This document shows positions 1-10,735 of a stretch of DNA of 64,000 nucleotides, one piece after another. Positions within the stretch are counted from its first letter, which is position 1. The number at the start of each line of letters is the position of its first letter. Origin of the DNA: a virus; IMG/VR virus record IMGVR_UViG_3300027741_000020; one strand, 5' to 3'. Position numbers and translations under genes: made by a program. The notes under the pieces are model-generated. The model worked only from the letters and a program-made list of their open reading frames with translations. It was not told the origin of the DNA and searched no databases.

Positions 1-167
1 AAAAATATAAATCAGAATACGATATTAAAGAAATCTACTGTCATAATAGTAAAAATAAAACGGCAATAATTGAAAACTATGAGCCTCCTATTTCATTCTT
101 TGTTGATTTGGATACAACAAATTCAATAGATGAAACGTTTAAAAAACTCTTAAAGGTTTTAATTTAA

Positions 168-199
168 TTTGGAATATTCGGATTTTATTCGTATATTTG
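168..199 (+). promoter_or_regulatory. Bacteroidota-type promoter (-33/-7)
   Basis: TTTG-N20-TATATTTG; ATG only 6 nt downstream. Confidence 0.75.
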
Positions 200-205
200 T
201 TAATT

Positions 206-802
206 ATGGCATTACAAGGTTATTGGGTTGAGGAAACTACATTCAATCATACAGTTAGAAAATTTCTCAAAAAATGGCATTATTCTGATTATGTCAACAT
301 CCAATCAAAACATACATTCTGTCTTTTTAAAGTAGGCAATTTTGGAATACCAGAAATGGTAGGTGTGTGTATTTACACAAGACCAGCTGGACCAACGGCA
401 GCGCAGAGTTATTATCCCGAAGCACCTGATAGGGTATTGGAACTTCGTAGATTGTGTCTAATAGATGCAACGCCCAAAAACGCAGAATCATTTTTTGTAT
501 CACGAACAATTAAATGGTTGAAGAAAAATTCCAAATGGGAGTTTATACTATCCTATGCAGATATGGAACAAGGACATAGTGGAGTTATATATAGAGCATC
601 AAATTTTGAATATCTCGGTGTGACTGGAGTTGGAAAGACTTTAGAAGTTGATGGCAAACGTTTTCATATAAGAACTTTATCAATGTTAGACCGACCTTAT
701 GGCGTAGAAATCAATCGTAGATATAAACAAAAAGACCCAAATGTCAAAGTATTGGAAACGTTGCCAAAAAATATTTTTATTTATAAATTAAAGAAAAAAT
801 AA
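206..802 (+). CDS. Mom-like DNA modification protein (GNAT fold)
   Basis: ELRRL..ESFFVS..SYADMEQGHSGVIYRASNFEYLG resembles Mu Mom family; ATG 206 preferred to TTG 197, which lies in the promoter. Confidence 0.75.
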   Translation: MALQGYWVEETTFNHTVRKFLKKWHYSDYVNIQSKHTFCLFKVGNFGIPEMVGVCIYTRPAGPTAAQSYYPEAPDRVLELRRLCLIDATPKNAESFFVSRTIKWLKKNSKWEFILSYADMEQGHSGVIYRASNFEYLGVTGVGKTLEVDGKRFHIRTLSMLDRPYGVEINRRYKQKDPNVKVLETLPKNIFIYKLKKK

Positions 803-844
803 AATTTGATATACTTATAAGTAACAAGATAAATAGTTATTAGT

Positions 845-1411
845 ATGGAAGAACAAAGTGAAGGATTTTTTCCGAACCTGGAAAATCGAATTACAAAACG
901 TGGATTGGGAGCTCGCCCAATTCTGCAAGAGCAAATAAAAGCAGCACAAGCTAAATCAAGATCAGCATTAGAGACAGCAAGAACATTGGGTATATCATAC
1001 AATACCTATAAGAAATATGCAAGACTTTATGGGATATTTGAAGATTTAAAAAACCCTCGAGGAATTGGTATTGATAGAAAAGTTGGTATAAGAAATAATA
1101 AGTATCATATTGAAGATTTAATTGATGGTAAGCATTTACGTTATCCTTTGCATAAATTTAAAAACAAACTATTCGATAGTGGATATATACCAAAGGCATG
1201 TGGAAGCTGTGGATTTGGCGAAGAAAGAATCACAGATGGCAAGATGCCTTTATTGATAGACTTTTTGGATGGAAACTTAAATAATAGAAAATTAGATAAT
1301 ATCAGACCACTCTGTTACAATTGCTTCTTCTTATTAGTTGGAGAACGTAATGTAAAAAATTGGTATGAAGAAAATGGAATACCAGATGAAGAAGAACTCT
1401 CCGATAGATAA
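845..1411 (+). CDS. HTH + degenerate HNH/Zn-finger protein
   Basis: HTH-like TARTLGISYNTYKKYA; CGSC..LIDFLDGNLNN..LDNIRPLCYNC (first catalytic His replaced). Confidence 0.6.
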   Translation: MEEQSEGFFPNLENRITKRGLGARPILQEQIKAAQAKSRSALETARTLGISYNTYKKYARLYGIFEDLKNPRGIGIDRKVGIRNNKYHIEDLIDGKHLRYPLHKFKNKLFDSGYIPKACGSCGFGEERITDGKMPLLIDFLDGNLNNRKLDNIRPLCYNCFFLLVGERNVKNWYEENGIPDEEELSDR

Positions 1412-1568
1412 GCCAACAAAATTTGAACGAATATTTGAAGATGAAGATTGTAAGTCGATTTGGAAATATGACCTTGCAAAGCAACCAAACGGACCAATAT
1501 CAGTAGAATACTCATACAAAGCCCATATGTATAAAGCATGGGAGTTATATAGAAAGCGTGGAAGATAA
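1365..1568 (+). CDS. hypothetical protein
   Basis: ORF overlapping upstream gene; start uncertain. Confidence 0.5.
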   Translation: MKKMEYQMKKNSPIDKPTKFERIFEDEDCKSIWKYDLAKQPNGPISVEYSYKAHMYKAWELYRKRGR

Positions 1569-1600
1569 CTACATATAGAAAAAAGAAGAATCTAAATAAA

Positions 1601-1632
1601 TTTGGTAGCTTCAAAAATTATCATTATATTTA
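1601..1632 (+). promoter_or_regulatory. Bacteroidota-type promoter
   Basis: TTTG-N20-TATATTTA. Confidence 0.65.
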
Positions 1633-1691
1633 CATAGTAAACGAAATAAAAGTAGTTTAACAAACAATTTTTTAACAAAACAAAAACAAAA

Positions 1692-2225
1692 ATGAAAAGA
1701 GGATTTAAAGTAGGTATTTTAGCAATAACAATGTTATTGGCTGTAATAACCGGAGTGAACGCTCAGAAAGGTTCAAAAATCGTAAGTGGTACGGTATCGT
1801 ATTCAAAAGCAACTGATGTAAAAGCATCTTATAGTATCAACCCGTTGGTTGGATATTTTGTAACTGATAAAGTTTCAGTAGGTGTATTGGGTTCTTTTGG
1901 CGAAACCGCAACTGAAACAACTACAAATGTAGGTGTATTTGCAAGATGCGTATTCTTAAACATTGGACAACACTGTCACGTGTTTTCGCAAGTAGATTTG
2001 ACTAGTAATTCATCAAAAGTAGCAGGTGTTAAATCAACATCAACATCAGCTAATTTAGGATTGGTAGCAAATTATTCAGTTACCAAACATTTAGGACTTA
2101 CAATGCATGTAGCCGATTTAATCAGTTATAAAAGCGCTGAAGGTAGCTCAGTAACAACTATTGGATTTACCGGAGTAACAAACCCATTTGCAACAGCAAA
2201 ATTCGGTGTTATCTATAAGTTTTAA
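1692..2225 (+). CDS. outer membrane beta-barrel protein
   Basis: Signal peptide ending VNA-Q, alternating amphipathic strands, C-terminal beta-signal GVIYKF. Confidence 0.8.
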   Translation: MKRGFKVGILAITMLLAVITGVNAQKGSKIVSGTVSYSKATDVKASYSINPLVGYFVTDKVSVGVLGSFGETATETTTNVGVFARCVFLNIGQHCHVFSQVDLTSNSSKVAGVKSTSTSANLGLVANYSVTKHLGLTMHVADLISYKSAEGSSVTTIGFTGVTNPFATAKFGVIYKF

Positions 2226-2248
2226 TTATTACACATATTAAGAAAATT

Positions 2249-2275
2249 TGGGAGAACGTAAGTTTTCCCATTTTT
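2249..2275 (+). terminator. intrinsic terminator
   Basis: TGGGAGAAC-GTAA-GTTTTCCCA + T5. Confidence 0.75.
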
Positions 2276-2276
2276 G

Positions 2277-2308
2277 TTTGGTAAATTCAAAAATTATCAT
2301 TATTTTTA
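2277..2308 (+). promoter_or_regulatory. Bacteroidota-type promoter (groEL)
   Basis: TTTG-N20-TATTTTTA. Confidence 0.6.
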
Positions 2309-2330
2309 AAAACAAAGCAAAATAAAATAA

Positions 2331-3950
<1,620 letters not shown>

Positions 3951-3978
3951 TAAATTTTAAACAATAAAACAACAAAAT

Positions 3979-4185
3979 ATGGCAAAGTATTACGCAGTTA
4001 CTGTAGCAGTAGAAATAGAAGATGCTAAAGGTAAGATTAAAAAACAAAAAGAACAATATTTGGTAGATGCTATGTCCTGTACCGAAGCTGAAGCAAAGTT
4101 GGTAAAAAAATTCACAAAAGAGGCAGTCCAGCTGGAGTATCAAGTTGAGAAAGTTTCAGAAACAAAAATCATAGAAATAATCTAA
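3979..4185 (+). CDS. DUF4494-like protein
   Basis: GKIKKQKEQYLVDAMSCTEAEA resembles Bacteroidota DUF4494. Confidence 0.65.
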   Translation: MAKYYAVTVAVEIEDAKGKIKKQKEQYLVDAMSCTEAEAKLVKKFTKEAVQLEYQVEKVSETKIIEII

Positions 4186-4186
4186 T

Positions 4187-4435
4187 ATGGAAACGGAAAT
4201 CAAAGAGCAAAAAGAAATTGTACTTAAACGAGTTCCTCCAGGAGATAAATGGGTCTTCGCAGCAGAGAGGGGTGGGATAGTTTTCCCATCCCTAACTGAT
4301 GCTTTGGAGGGTTGGTATCAAACAAATGGTGATACTAGATTCTATATAGATGCACGTAGTGGAACTGTAGAAATTATTACAGAGCAAGAAGTTGAAAAGC
4401 CTTTAAAAAGATTTTCGCTATATGGTGAGGATTAA
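4187..4435 (+). CDS. hypothetical protein
   Basis: Tightly coupled ORF. Confidence 0.7.
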   Translation: METEIKEQKEIVLKRVPPGDKWVFAAERGGIVFPSLTDALEGWYQTNGDTRFYIDARSGTVEIITEQEVEKPLKRFSLYGED

Positions 4436-4488
4436 AGATAAAACTTTATATTTATATAAAAATATTTGTAAAGTAAAACATCTTAAAA

Positions 4489-4620
4489 ATGGCAAAGGCA
4501 AAAGTTTCTAACGGATCATCTAATAAAGTTAGTTTTGGCAAAAGAAAAACAGGTAGTGCACAAAAAAGCTATAACAAACATACATCAAAACCAAAAGACT
4601 ATAGAGGTCAAGGTAGATAA
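4489..4620 (+). CDS. 43-aa basic peptide ending YRGQGR
   Basis: Translated by hand: MAKAKVSNGSSNKVSFGKRKTGSAQKSYNKHTSKPKDYRGQGR; not in ORF track. Confidence 0.75.
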   Translation: MAKAKVSNGSSNKVSFGKRKTGSAQKSYNKHTSKPKDYRGQGR

Positions 4621-4622
4621 TT

Positions 4623-5675
4623 ATGAATACAATAGAAAGAAAATTATATAACTTTATTAATGAAGATGATGTTGTTAAAAACAAAAAGACAGGTAATGTC
4701 TATAAAGTTAAACAATTCGACCCTTCAAAGCACGATAAACCAACACCAGCGGAAGTAGAAAAAACAAAAGCTGCAAATGGTGGTAAATTGCCAGTAGGAG
4801 ATAAGCCAAAACCAAAGCAACCGGCACCAAACGCTAAACCAAGTAACAAACCAGAACCTACTAAAATTGGAGCTGCAGATTTTAAAACATCTGCTGAAAC
4901 GGATAAAAGTGGTAATGCAGAAACTTCAAAGTTAAAAGCATTAATGCCTGGAATGGATACAACCAAAAAGGGATTGGCTGATATTTCACCGATTGAACGT
5001 CAAAAGATTTCAGCAAAGATTGATGAATTGGCCAAATTGGGTGCAGAAGCAAAAGCAAAGGGTGAGAAGGCTCCCAATTATAATTTGTGTAAGGTAACTA
5101 TACCTGGAACAAACCTCTATTGTGAGGGAAATAAAGGTATTGATAGAGCGGATATGCCACAATTCAAAGGTACACCTCGACCAGGCTCACCAGCGGATAA
5201 ACTTCCAAAGGATGAAAACGGTGAAGCAGATACAGAAGAGTTTTTCAAAAAAATGTTAAACGATAAAGGTATCAAAGTATCAGAACCAGCAGCAGTACCG
5301 GCCGACCGTTTAAAAGCAACTCAATCTGAATTAGTTGGAGTTAAAGTTGCCGGAATGAGTAAGGTATTGGATAACCCAGACCATCCGGCATATAAGAAAA
5401 TAACAGCTCCTATCTATGTAAGTAACGATGGGTATGTATTAGATGGGCACCATCGTTGGGCAGCAGTAGTTGCGCATAACGCAGCAAACCCTGATAAGCA
5501 AATTGATATGAATGTAAGAGTTATCGACCAACCAATTAAACCGCTTGTAAAAACTTCAAATGATTTCGCTGAGCACATTGGTATTCGGGCCAAAGCAGCT
5601 GATACCGGAGCCGGAGGCGGACCTGCTCCAATTGCGGAAAAAAGATATTTTAAATTATCTTCTTTTTTGAAATAG
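4623..5675 (+). CDS. ParB/Srx-like domain protein
   Basis: LKATQSEL..PIYVSNDGYVLDGHHRWAA; Pro/Lys-rich linker. Confidence 0.7.
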   Translation: MNTIERKLYNFINEDDVVKNKKTGNVYKVKQFDPSKHDKPTPAEVEKTKAANGGKLPVGDKPKPKQPAPNAKPSNKPEPTKIGAADFKTSAETDKSGNAETSKLKALMPGMDTTKKGLADISPIERQKISAKIDELAKLGAEAKAKGEKAPNYNLCKVTIPGTNLYCEGNKGIDRADMPQFKGTPRPGSPADKLPKDENGEADTEEFFKKMLNDKGIKVSEPAAVPADRLKATQSELVGVKVAGMSKVLDNPDHPAYKKITAPIYVSNDGYVLDGHHRWAAVVAHNAANPDKQIDMNVRVIDQPIKPLVKTSNDFAEHIGIRAKAADTGAGGGPAPIAEKRYFKLSSFLK

Positions 5676-5705
5676 ATTTTATATTTATATTAAACAACTT
5701 AATTT

Positions 5706-5740
5706 GGTTATATTTGCGAAAGCAGGTATAACCATTTTTT
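5706..5740 (+). terminator. intrinsic terminator
   Basis: 12-bp stem GGTTATATTTGC-GAAA-GCAGGTATAACC + A,T6. Confidence 0.8.
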
Positions 5741-5761
5741 ATTTATACTAATAGCAATATT

Positions 5762-6328
5762 ATGGAAAACAATAAACCGACTGGATTTAGAGATTTATTA
5801 AGCGCAATGATGAAACGTAGGTGGTACATTACCGCTATGGTTTTGGGTGGGTTTATATTAATCATTGGTGGCATATTTGCGGCAATCACATCGCAAACTC
5901 CAATGGCAGCAGCTTGGAAAGAGTTGTTAATGTTATTGCTAGGTGCATTTATTGGTTCTTATGGTAAAATTATAGATTACTGGTTTAGCGATACTGATAA
6001 AGATAAAATGTTAGTACAAAAAATGGATGAAGAAGATGGTGTATCATTATCTCATACAAACGATATGAAGGAAACTAACAAACCATTTGCCCCACTTATG
6101 CCAGATGCATTTGTAGTAGGAGCTCAAGCAGCAAGGGAGTTAGCAGTAGTAGAAAATAGACAAGAGTTTGAATTAGTAAAAGACCAACAAGAGCACAAAC
6201 AAAAAATGGAAGAGTTGGAATTTGAATATCATACGCATAGACAATGTGAACACGAATGGGCCGATGAAGACCACGATGGGCATGAAGAATGTATTAAATG
6301 TGGACTTTTTAGACCATCTGAAAAATAA
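5762..6328 (+). CDS. membrane protein (2 TM) with His/Cys-rich tail
   Basis: Two hydrophobic segments; C-terminal CEHEW..HEECIKC. Confidence 0.7.
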   Translation: MENNKPTGFRDLLSAMMKRRWYITAMVLGGFILIIGGIFAAITSQTPMAAAWKELLMLLLGAFIGSYGKIIDYWFSDTDKDKMLVQKMDEEDGVSLSHTNDMKETNKPFAPLMPDAFVVGAQAARELAVVENRQEFELVKDQQEHKQKMEELEFEYHTHRQCEHEWADEDHDGHEECIKCGLFRPSEK

Positions 6329-6353
6329 TTTATAATAAAATAAATATAAACCT

Positions 6354-6608
6354 ATGGATTTCAAACAATGGATAATTGACCTTTTCAAAGATGAACGGGG
6401 TTCAACATCAATAAAACCGGTAGTTGCATTTGTTGGCGCATTATTTCTATGTGGAACAATGTTGGCTAATAGTTTTACAGAAGAACATTTTAAACCAGCT
6501 GATAATTTAGTAAACGCAGTTATGGTTATCACAGCAATCGGAATGGGAGCAGATAGCTTGGACAAGTTTACTCATAAAAAGGTTAAAGAAGAAAAAACGG
6601 AAGAATAA
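6354..6608 (+). CDS. small 2-TM membrane protein (holin candidate)
   Basis: Two TM segments, charged tail, upstream of endolysin. Confidence 0.55.
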   Translation: MDFKQWIIDLFKDERGSTSIKPVVAFVGALFLCGTMLANSFTEEHFKPADNLVNAVMVITAIGMGADSLDKFTHKKVKEEKTEE

Positions 6609-6651
6609 TAGGTTAATATAAGGGTTACTATAACTTTTAAATTGACTTGAA

Positions 6652-7041
6652 ATGGATGATTTAAGTAAATTCATTCCTCTATTTTTTGGAGGTGGATGGA
6701 TTGTATTACTTATTGGAGCAGCCGGAATGATAGCTAGACTTGCGACAAGTAAAAACCCAGAGGATAAAACCCCTGGACATATTGTTGGCAATATTGCTGC
6801 GGCAATGATTGCTTCACTAATTGCTTGGTTTATATTAGAGCAATTTGAAGTAGCATCTATGTATAAGGCTATTATTTATGGTATGGTGGGATTGAACTCA
6901 CCCGAAATATTAACAGGCATAATAAAAATATCAACTAATTTTGCTAATAATCCAGCGGAGTTTCTTAAAAATATAAAAACAGGTGGTGCACCTCCTACTA
7001 AAAAAGTAACTAAAAAGACAACAAGAACAAAACACGGTTAA
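6652..7041 (+). CDS. 3-TM membrane protein (holin candidate)
   Basis: Three hydrophobic segments, basic C-terminus. Confidence 0.55.
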   Translation: MDDLSKFIPLFFGGGWIVLLIGAAGMIARLATSKNPEDKTPGHIVGNIAAAMIASLIAWFILEQFEVASMYKAIIYGMVGLNSPEILTGIIKISTNFANNPAEFLKNIKTGGAPPTKKVTKKTTRTKHG

Positions 7042-7042
7042 T

Positions 7043-7771
7043 ATGAAAAGTTCTACAATAATGATTATTCTTACGGCAATCATAGTTGCTGTAGCATCTT
7101 TTGGTAAATATGTTGATGGTAAAATACACGCATCGGCAACTACAATACTTGAAGACCGATTAAAACCCGGCCCACTCCTATCGCATAGATTTGATTATTA
7201 TGGCACATATATTGATGATGCGTTCTCAGCCAATATAAGTAATATAGATACTTTACTTGCTCATAAAGCTGATATACTAAAAGCAAGAGAAAGTACGGGA
7301 AAAGATTGGAAATCATATCTTGCTACATATTTGGTACCGGAAGAAGATTCGGTTGCGCATTTGGCCGATAAAGAAATGCAAGAACTTGATAAGAAAATTG
7401 ATGCACTATTCGATTTAGCAGTATCAGATAAAATCGCAGCACAAAAACTATTAGATGAAAGTCACATTAAAGAATCAATACCATCGATTACAAATAAAGT
7501 AAACTGGTTAACTGATTTGCAAACTAGAGTTGGACAAGAAGAGACTGTAAAAATGTTATCACTAATAGCAACATTTGATAATTTTATGGTTGGAGCATTG
7601 GCATTAGCAGTAATGTTAGCCGGTTCAATCATATACTCAATTATTAGAGATAGGAGGGAAAAACAACCAGTAAAGAAAGCAACCAAAAAGACGGTTACAA
7701 AAAAGAAAACAGCAACTAAAAACCCAGTTACTAATAAAAAACCTATTAAAAAACCAACAAATAAAAAGTAA
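7043..7771 (+). CDS. 2-TM protein with periplasmic four-helix-bundle-like domain
   Basis: TM-160 aa helical region (WKSYLATYLVPEE)-TM, then Lys-rich tail. Confidence 0.5.
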   Translation: MKSSTIMIILTAIIVAVASFGKYVDGKIHASATTILEDRLKPGPLLSHRFDYYGTYIDDAFSANISNIDTLLAHKADILKARESTGKDWKSYLATYLVPEEDSVAHLADKEMQELDKKIDALFDLAVSDKIAAQKLLDESHIKESIPSITNKVNWLTDLQTRVGQEETVKMLSLIATFDNFMVGALALAVMLAGSIIYSIIRDRREKQPVKKATKKTVTKKKTATKNPVTNKKPIKKPTNKK

Positions 7772-7772
7772 C

Positions 7773-8171
7773 ATGTCAGCAACAAAGCACGAAGAAAAAA
7801 CATTAGAATTAGAAAAAACAATCGCTATTGATAAAGGTAAATCGGAATTAGTAGAAAAATTAGTATTTATTTTATTTCCGGTATGCGTATCAGCAATAGG
7901 TTGGCTACTTACTCAAGTAAATGAATTAAGTGATAAGGTAACAGTACTACAAAATAAAGTTAATATCGTTGTTAATGCTGAGAATAAAGCAATTCCACCT
8001 CAAGGAACTACTATTGAATTGGAAACTCTTAGAGCAGCTGCGGCACAAGCAAGGGCGGACATGAAAATGGAGATTTCTGACAAGATTACATCAGTTCAAA
8101 TCAATGCAATGCAAGAAAGGGCAGATATTAAAGCACGTTTAAGTGTTCTTGAATCACATCAAAAAAAATAA
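7773..8171 (+). CDS. TM-anchored coiled-coil protein
   Basis: Single TM followed by heptad-rich helix. Confidence 0.6.
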   Translation: MSATKHEEKTLELEKTIAIDKGKSELVEKLVFILFPVCVSAIGWLLTQVNELSDKVTVLQNKVNIVVNAENKAIPPQGTTIELETLRAAAAQARADMKMEISDKITSVQINAMQERADIKARLSVLESHQKK

Positions 8172-8177
8172 TTAAAA

Positions 8178-8615
8178 ATGAAAAAATTAATATTAGCAAT
8201 ATTTTTATTAATAAGTTCAGTAGCTTACTCACAAAAATATTATACTTATATTGGACCAAGTATAGCATTTGATACGCAATTATCAGATACTAAAAACCTA
8301 ATAGGTGGATGTGTTGAAGTTGGAAAGTATTTGAATAAAGATGTATCAATCGGACTTAGAACGGGAATATATTCTTTAAATGTAGATAATATATATACGG
8401 ACTTTGTAGTTGGATTGCCAATACCAAATTCAAACTTTTCAATTACATTGTGTGCCGGATATTTTTACAACTATAATGATATTACATTGGAATATGATTT
8501 TAATTATAGTATTAAATTACCAAAGAATAAATCAATAGTGATAACTTACGGAGCTCAAAGTGCATTTGGACTTACAACGAATAGTTTTTCATTTGGAATT
8601 AATAAAGACTTTTAA
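8178..8615 (+). CDS. outer membrane beta-barrel protein
   Basis: Signal peptide AYS-Q, amphipathic strands, ends FGINKDF. Confidence 0.65.
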   Translation: MKKLILAIFLLISSVAYSQKYYTYIGPSIAFDTQLSDTKNLIGGCVEVGKYLNKDVSIGLRTGIYSLNVDNIYTDFVVGLPIPNSNFSITLCAGYFYNYNDITLEYDFNYSIKLPKNKSIVITYGAQSAFGLTTNSFSFGINKDF

Positions 8616-8636
8616 TAAATACAAAACCAATAAAAT

Positions 8637-9227
8637 ATGGACTTACAAAAACTCAAAGGACACATTCCTGACAGTGTTATAGCTCAGATACCTGAAGTTA
8701 TGACCAAATTCAAAATTGACACTGCATTAAAATTAGCACATTTCTTATCACAATGTGGACACGAAAGTGGTGGTTTTAAATTAACACAAGAAAATCTTAA
8801 CTATGGTGCAAAGGGATTGTTAGGATTATTTAAAAAGTATTTTCCAAATGAAGCATTAGCCAAGCAATATGAAAGACAACCACAAAAAATCGCTAATAGA
8901 ATTTATGGTGGTAGAATGGGTAATGGTGTAGAAGCAACGGGTGATGGATGGAAGTTTCATGGTAGAGGATATATACAATTAACCGGCAAACAAAACTACG
9001 AAGCTTTTTCAAAATCAATCGGAGAAGATTGTATTGCTAATCCAGATTTAGTAGCAACTAAATACCCATTAGCATCAGCAGCTTGGTTTTTCACACGATG
9101 TTTACCTAAATGCACCGATGCATCGGATGCGGCTGTAACAGCAGTAACTAAATGTGTAAATGGTGGTACAATCGGATTACCAGACAGATTAAAACATTTC
9201 AAAGAATATCATGCTTTATTAGCATAA
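8637..9227 (+). CDS. GH19 family endolysin
   Basis: AHFLSQCGHESGGF, ENLNY, GRGYIQLTG..NY, VNGGTIGLPDR. Confidence 0.92.
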   Translation: MDLQKLKGHIPDSVIAQIPEVMTKFKIDTALKLAHFLSQCGHESGGFKLTQENLNYGAKGLLGLFKKYFPNEALAKQYERQPQKIANRIYGGRMGNGVEATGDGWKFHGRGYIQLTGKQNYEAFSKSIGEDCIANPDLVATKYPLASAAWFFTRCLPKCTDASDAAVTAVTKCVNGGTIGLPDRLKHFKEYHALLA

Positions 9228-9264
9228 AAATACTAAAGTGCTACCTTTAGGACAATAGACCATA

Positions 9265-9292
9265 GCCCAATCCCGTAAGGTTGGGTTTTTTT
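9265..9292 (+). terminator. intrinsic terminator after lysin
   Basis: GCCCAATCC..GGTTGGGT hairpin + T run. Confidence 0.7.
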
Positions 9293-9293
9293 A

Positions 9294-9325
9294 TTTGGTA
9301 TATTCAAAAAGTTTTTGTATATTCG
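9294..9325 (+). promoter_or_regulatory. Bacteroidota-type promoter
   Basis: TTTG-N20-TATATTCG; ATG 4 nt downstream. Confidence 0.6.
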
Positions 9326-9329
9326 TAAT

Positions 9330-9812
9330 ATGGAAAATGATAAGCCATTTGAATTAATATTTGAATTTTTTAATGATGGTGAAAAATATTTTGGGTGTGA
9401 TATATACCGATTCGGATTAGCAGGTTATACCTATAATGCTGAAATTAATTATAGAGTAGATGAAACTAATGGTGGATATGAAATTCAGTTGTTGTATAAG
9501 ACAGAAGAATATCAGTATGAGCAGGTATCTATAAAGAATGCATTTACTTTATATAATATACTTTCTCAATGCTATTTGGCATCATTATATAAATTAGTTC
9601 CAAAAGTAAATGGCGAAGTTCCACACATTAAATTGTTTGGTGGAAAGCCTGCAAATGATGGAATGTTTGTAAACGATGAGCGAAAGAATAAAATAGCAAT
9701 AAAATACATACATAGGGTTTTACCTATTAAAGAAGTATTTTTGGACTCAAATGGCAATAGTATACTTATAATAGATAAAGATGAATTATGTCAAAAACAA
9801 TACATAAAATAA
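9330..9812 (+). CDS. hypothetical protein
   Basis: ATG 9330 preferred; track start lies inside promoter. Confidence 0.65.
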   Translation: MENDKPFELIFEFFNDGEKYFGCDIYRFGLAGYTYNAEINYRVDETNGGYEIQLLYKTEEYQYEQVSIKNAFTLYNILSQCYLASLYKLVPKVNGEVPHIKLFGGKPANDGMFVNDERKNKIAIKYIHRVLPIKEVFLDSNGNSILIIDKDELCQKQYIK

Positions 9813-10180
9813 ATTGGAATACTGCACACTATCTTTGGAGTGATTTTAAGTTAGGAGATGCATATAAGAAATATTTGTTAGACGAGTATGGTATAACAGT
9901 ATCAATTGGTGGTAGTGTATTGTGGAATAATGTATTTACTGTTGATGTTGTAATAGAACCAGTATCTAATGGTGGTGGTGGTATTGTTGAAGACTACGAG
10001 AAGAAAAAAGTAAAAAGAAAAATAAAATTGATATTTATTTGTGGAGATAACAAGAGTATGATTGAAAAGGAAGTCAATGATGATATATCTACTCAATTAC
10101 TTTCCGATATTCGTAATAAAATAGAAGAATCATTAAAAACACAAATAATATTAAGCGATGTACAAATTATTAAAGGATAA
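9788..10180 (+). CDS. hypothetical protein
   Basis: Coupled ORF. Confidence 0.7.
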   Translation: MSKTIHKINWNTAHYLWSDFKLGDAYKKYLLDEYGITVSIGGSVLWNNVFTVDVVIEPVSNGGGGIVEDYEKKKVKRKIKLIFICGDNKSMIEKEVNDDISTQLLSDIRNKIEESLKTQIILSDVQIIKG

Positions 10181-10721
10181 AAATAACGAATTTCAATGTG
10201 AGATTAAACTCGTTGGAGCTAGTGAAAAAACGGCAAAAGTTAGACTATTTTTAGAAGGAACTGGATGCGAATATTCATTTAAAGGGAATATAGAAGGAAC
10301 TCGTTGTAGAGTAAATTTGGGAAAGTTAAAAACTTTTAGTAACTTAATGGAAAGTGGTAAGATTAGATTAGAGGTCATTGCAGATGATACACTATTTGTA
10401 CCATACGAAAGTACATATGAGTTAGAAGAATCGAAAGGTGTGACTGTCGAAGTAATACAGAACGATTCAACTACTAAAAAAACAATGGTGGAAGTAGTTG
10501 TGGATATTCCAAAACAACAATTAAAACCCGTAAAGAAGATAGAAAAAAAATCTTCAATAAGTGAAATAAAAAATTATCTTGAAGATAACACATTATACAA
10601 TGGAAGCGCAGAAAGTTTAAAGATGGCTATGTCAAGCGAAAGGAATAGAAGGGTTTTTAACGAATTTTGTGATAAAAGTGGTTTACAAAGGACAAATGTT
10701 CTTAAGCAATTATTAAAATAA
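10158..10721 (+). CDS. hypothetical protein
   Basis: Coupled ORF; beta-rich N-half. Confidence 0.7.
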   Translation: MYKLLKDKNNEFQCEIKLVGASEKTAKVRLFLEGTGCEYSFKGNIEGTRCRVNLGKLKTFSNLMESGKIRLEVIADDTLFVPYESTYELEESKGVTVEVIQNDSTTKKTMVEVVVDIPKQQLKPVKKIEKKSSISEIKNYLEDNTLYNGSAESLKMAMSSERNRRVFNEFCDKSGLQRTNVLKQLLK

Positions 10722-10735
10722 GTTATGATTAAATT

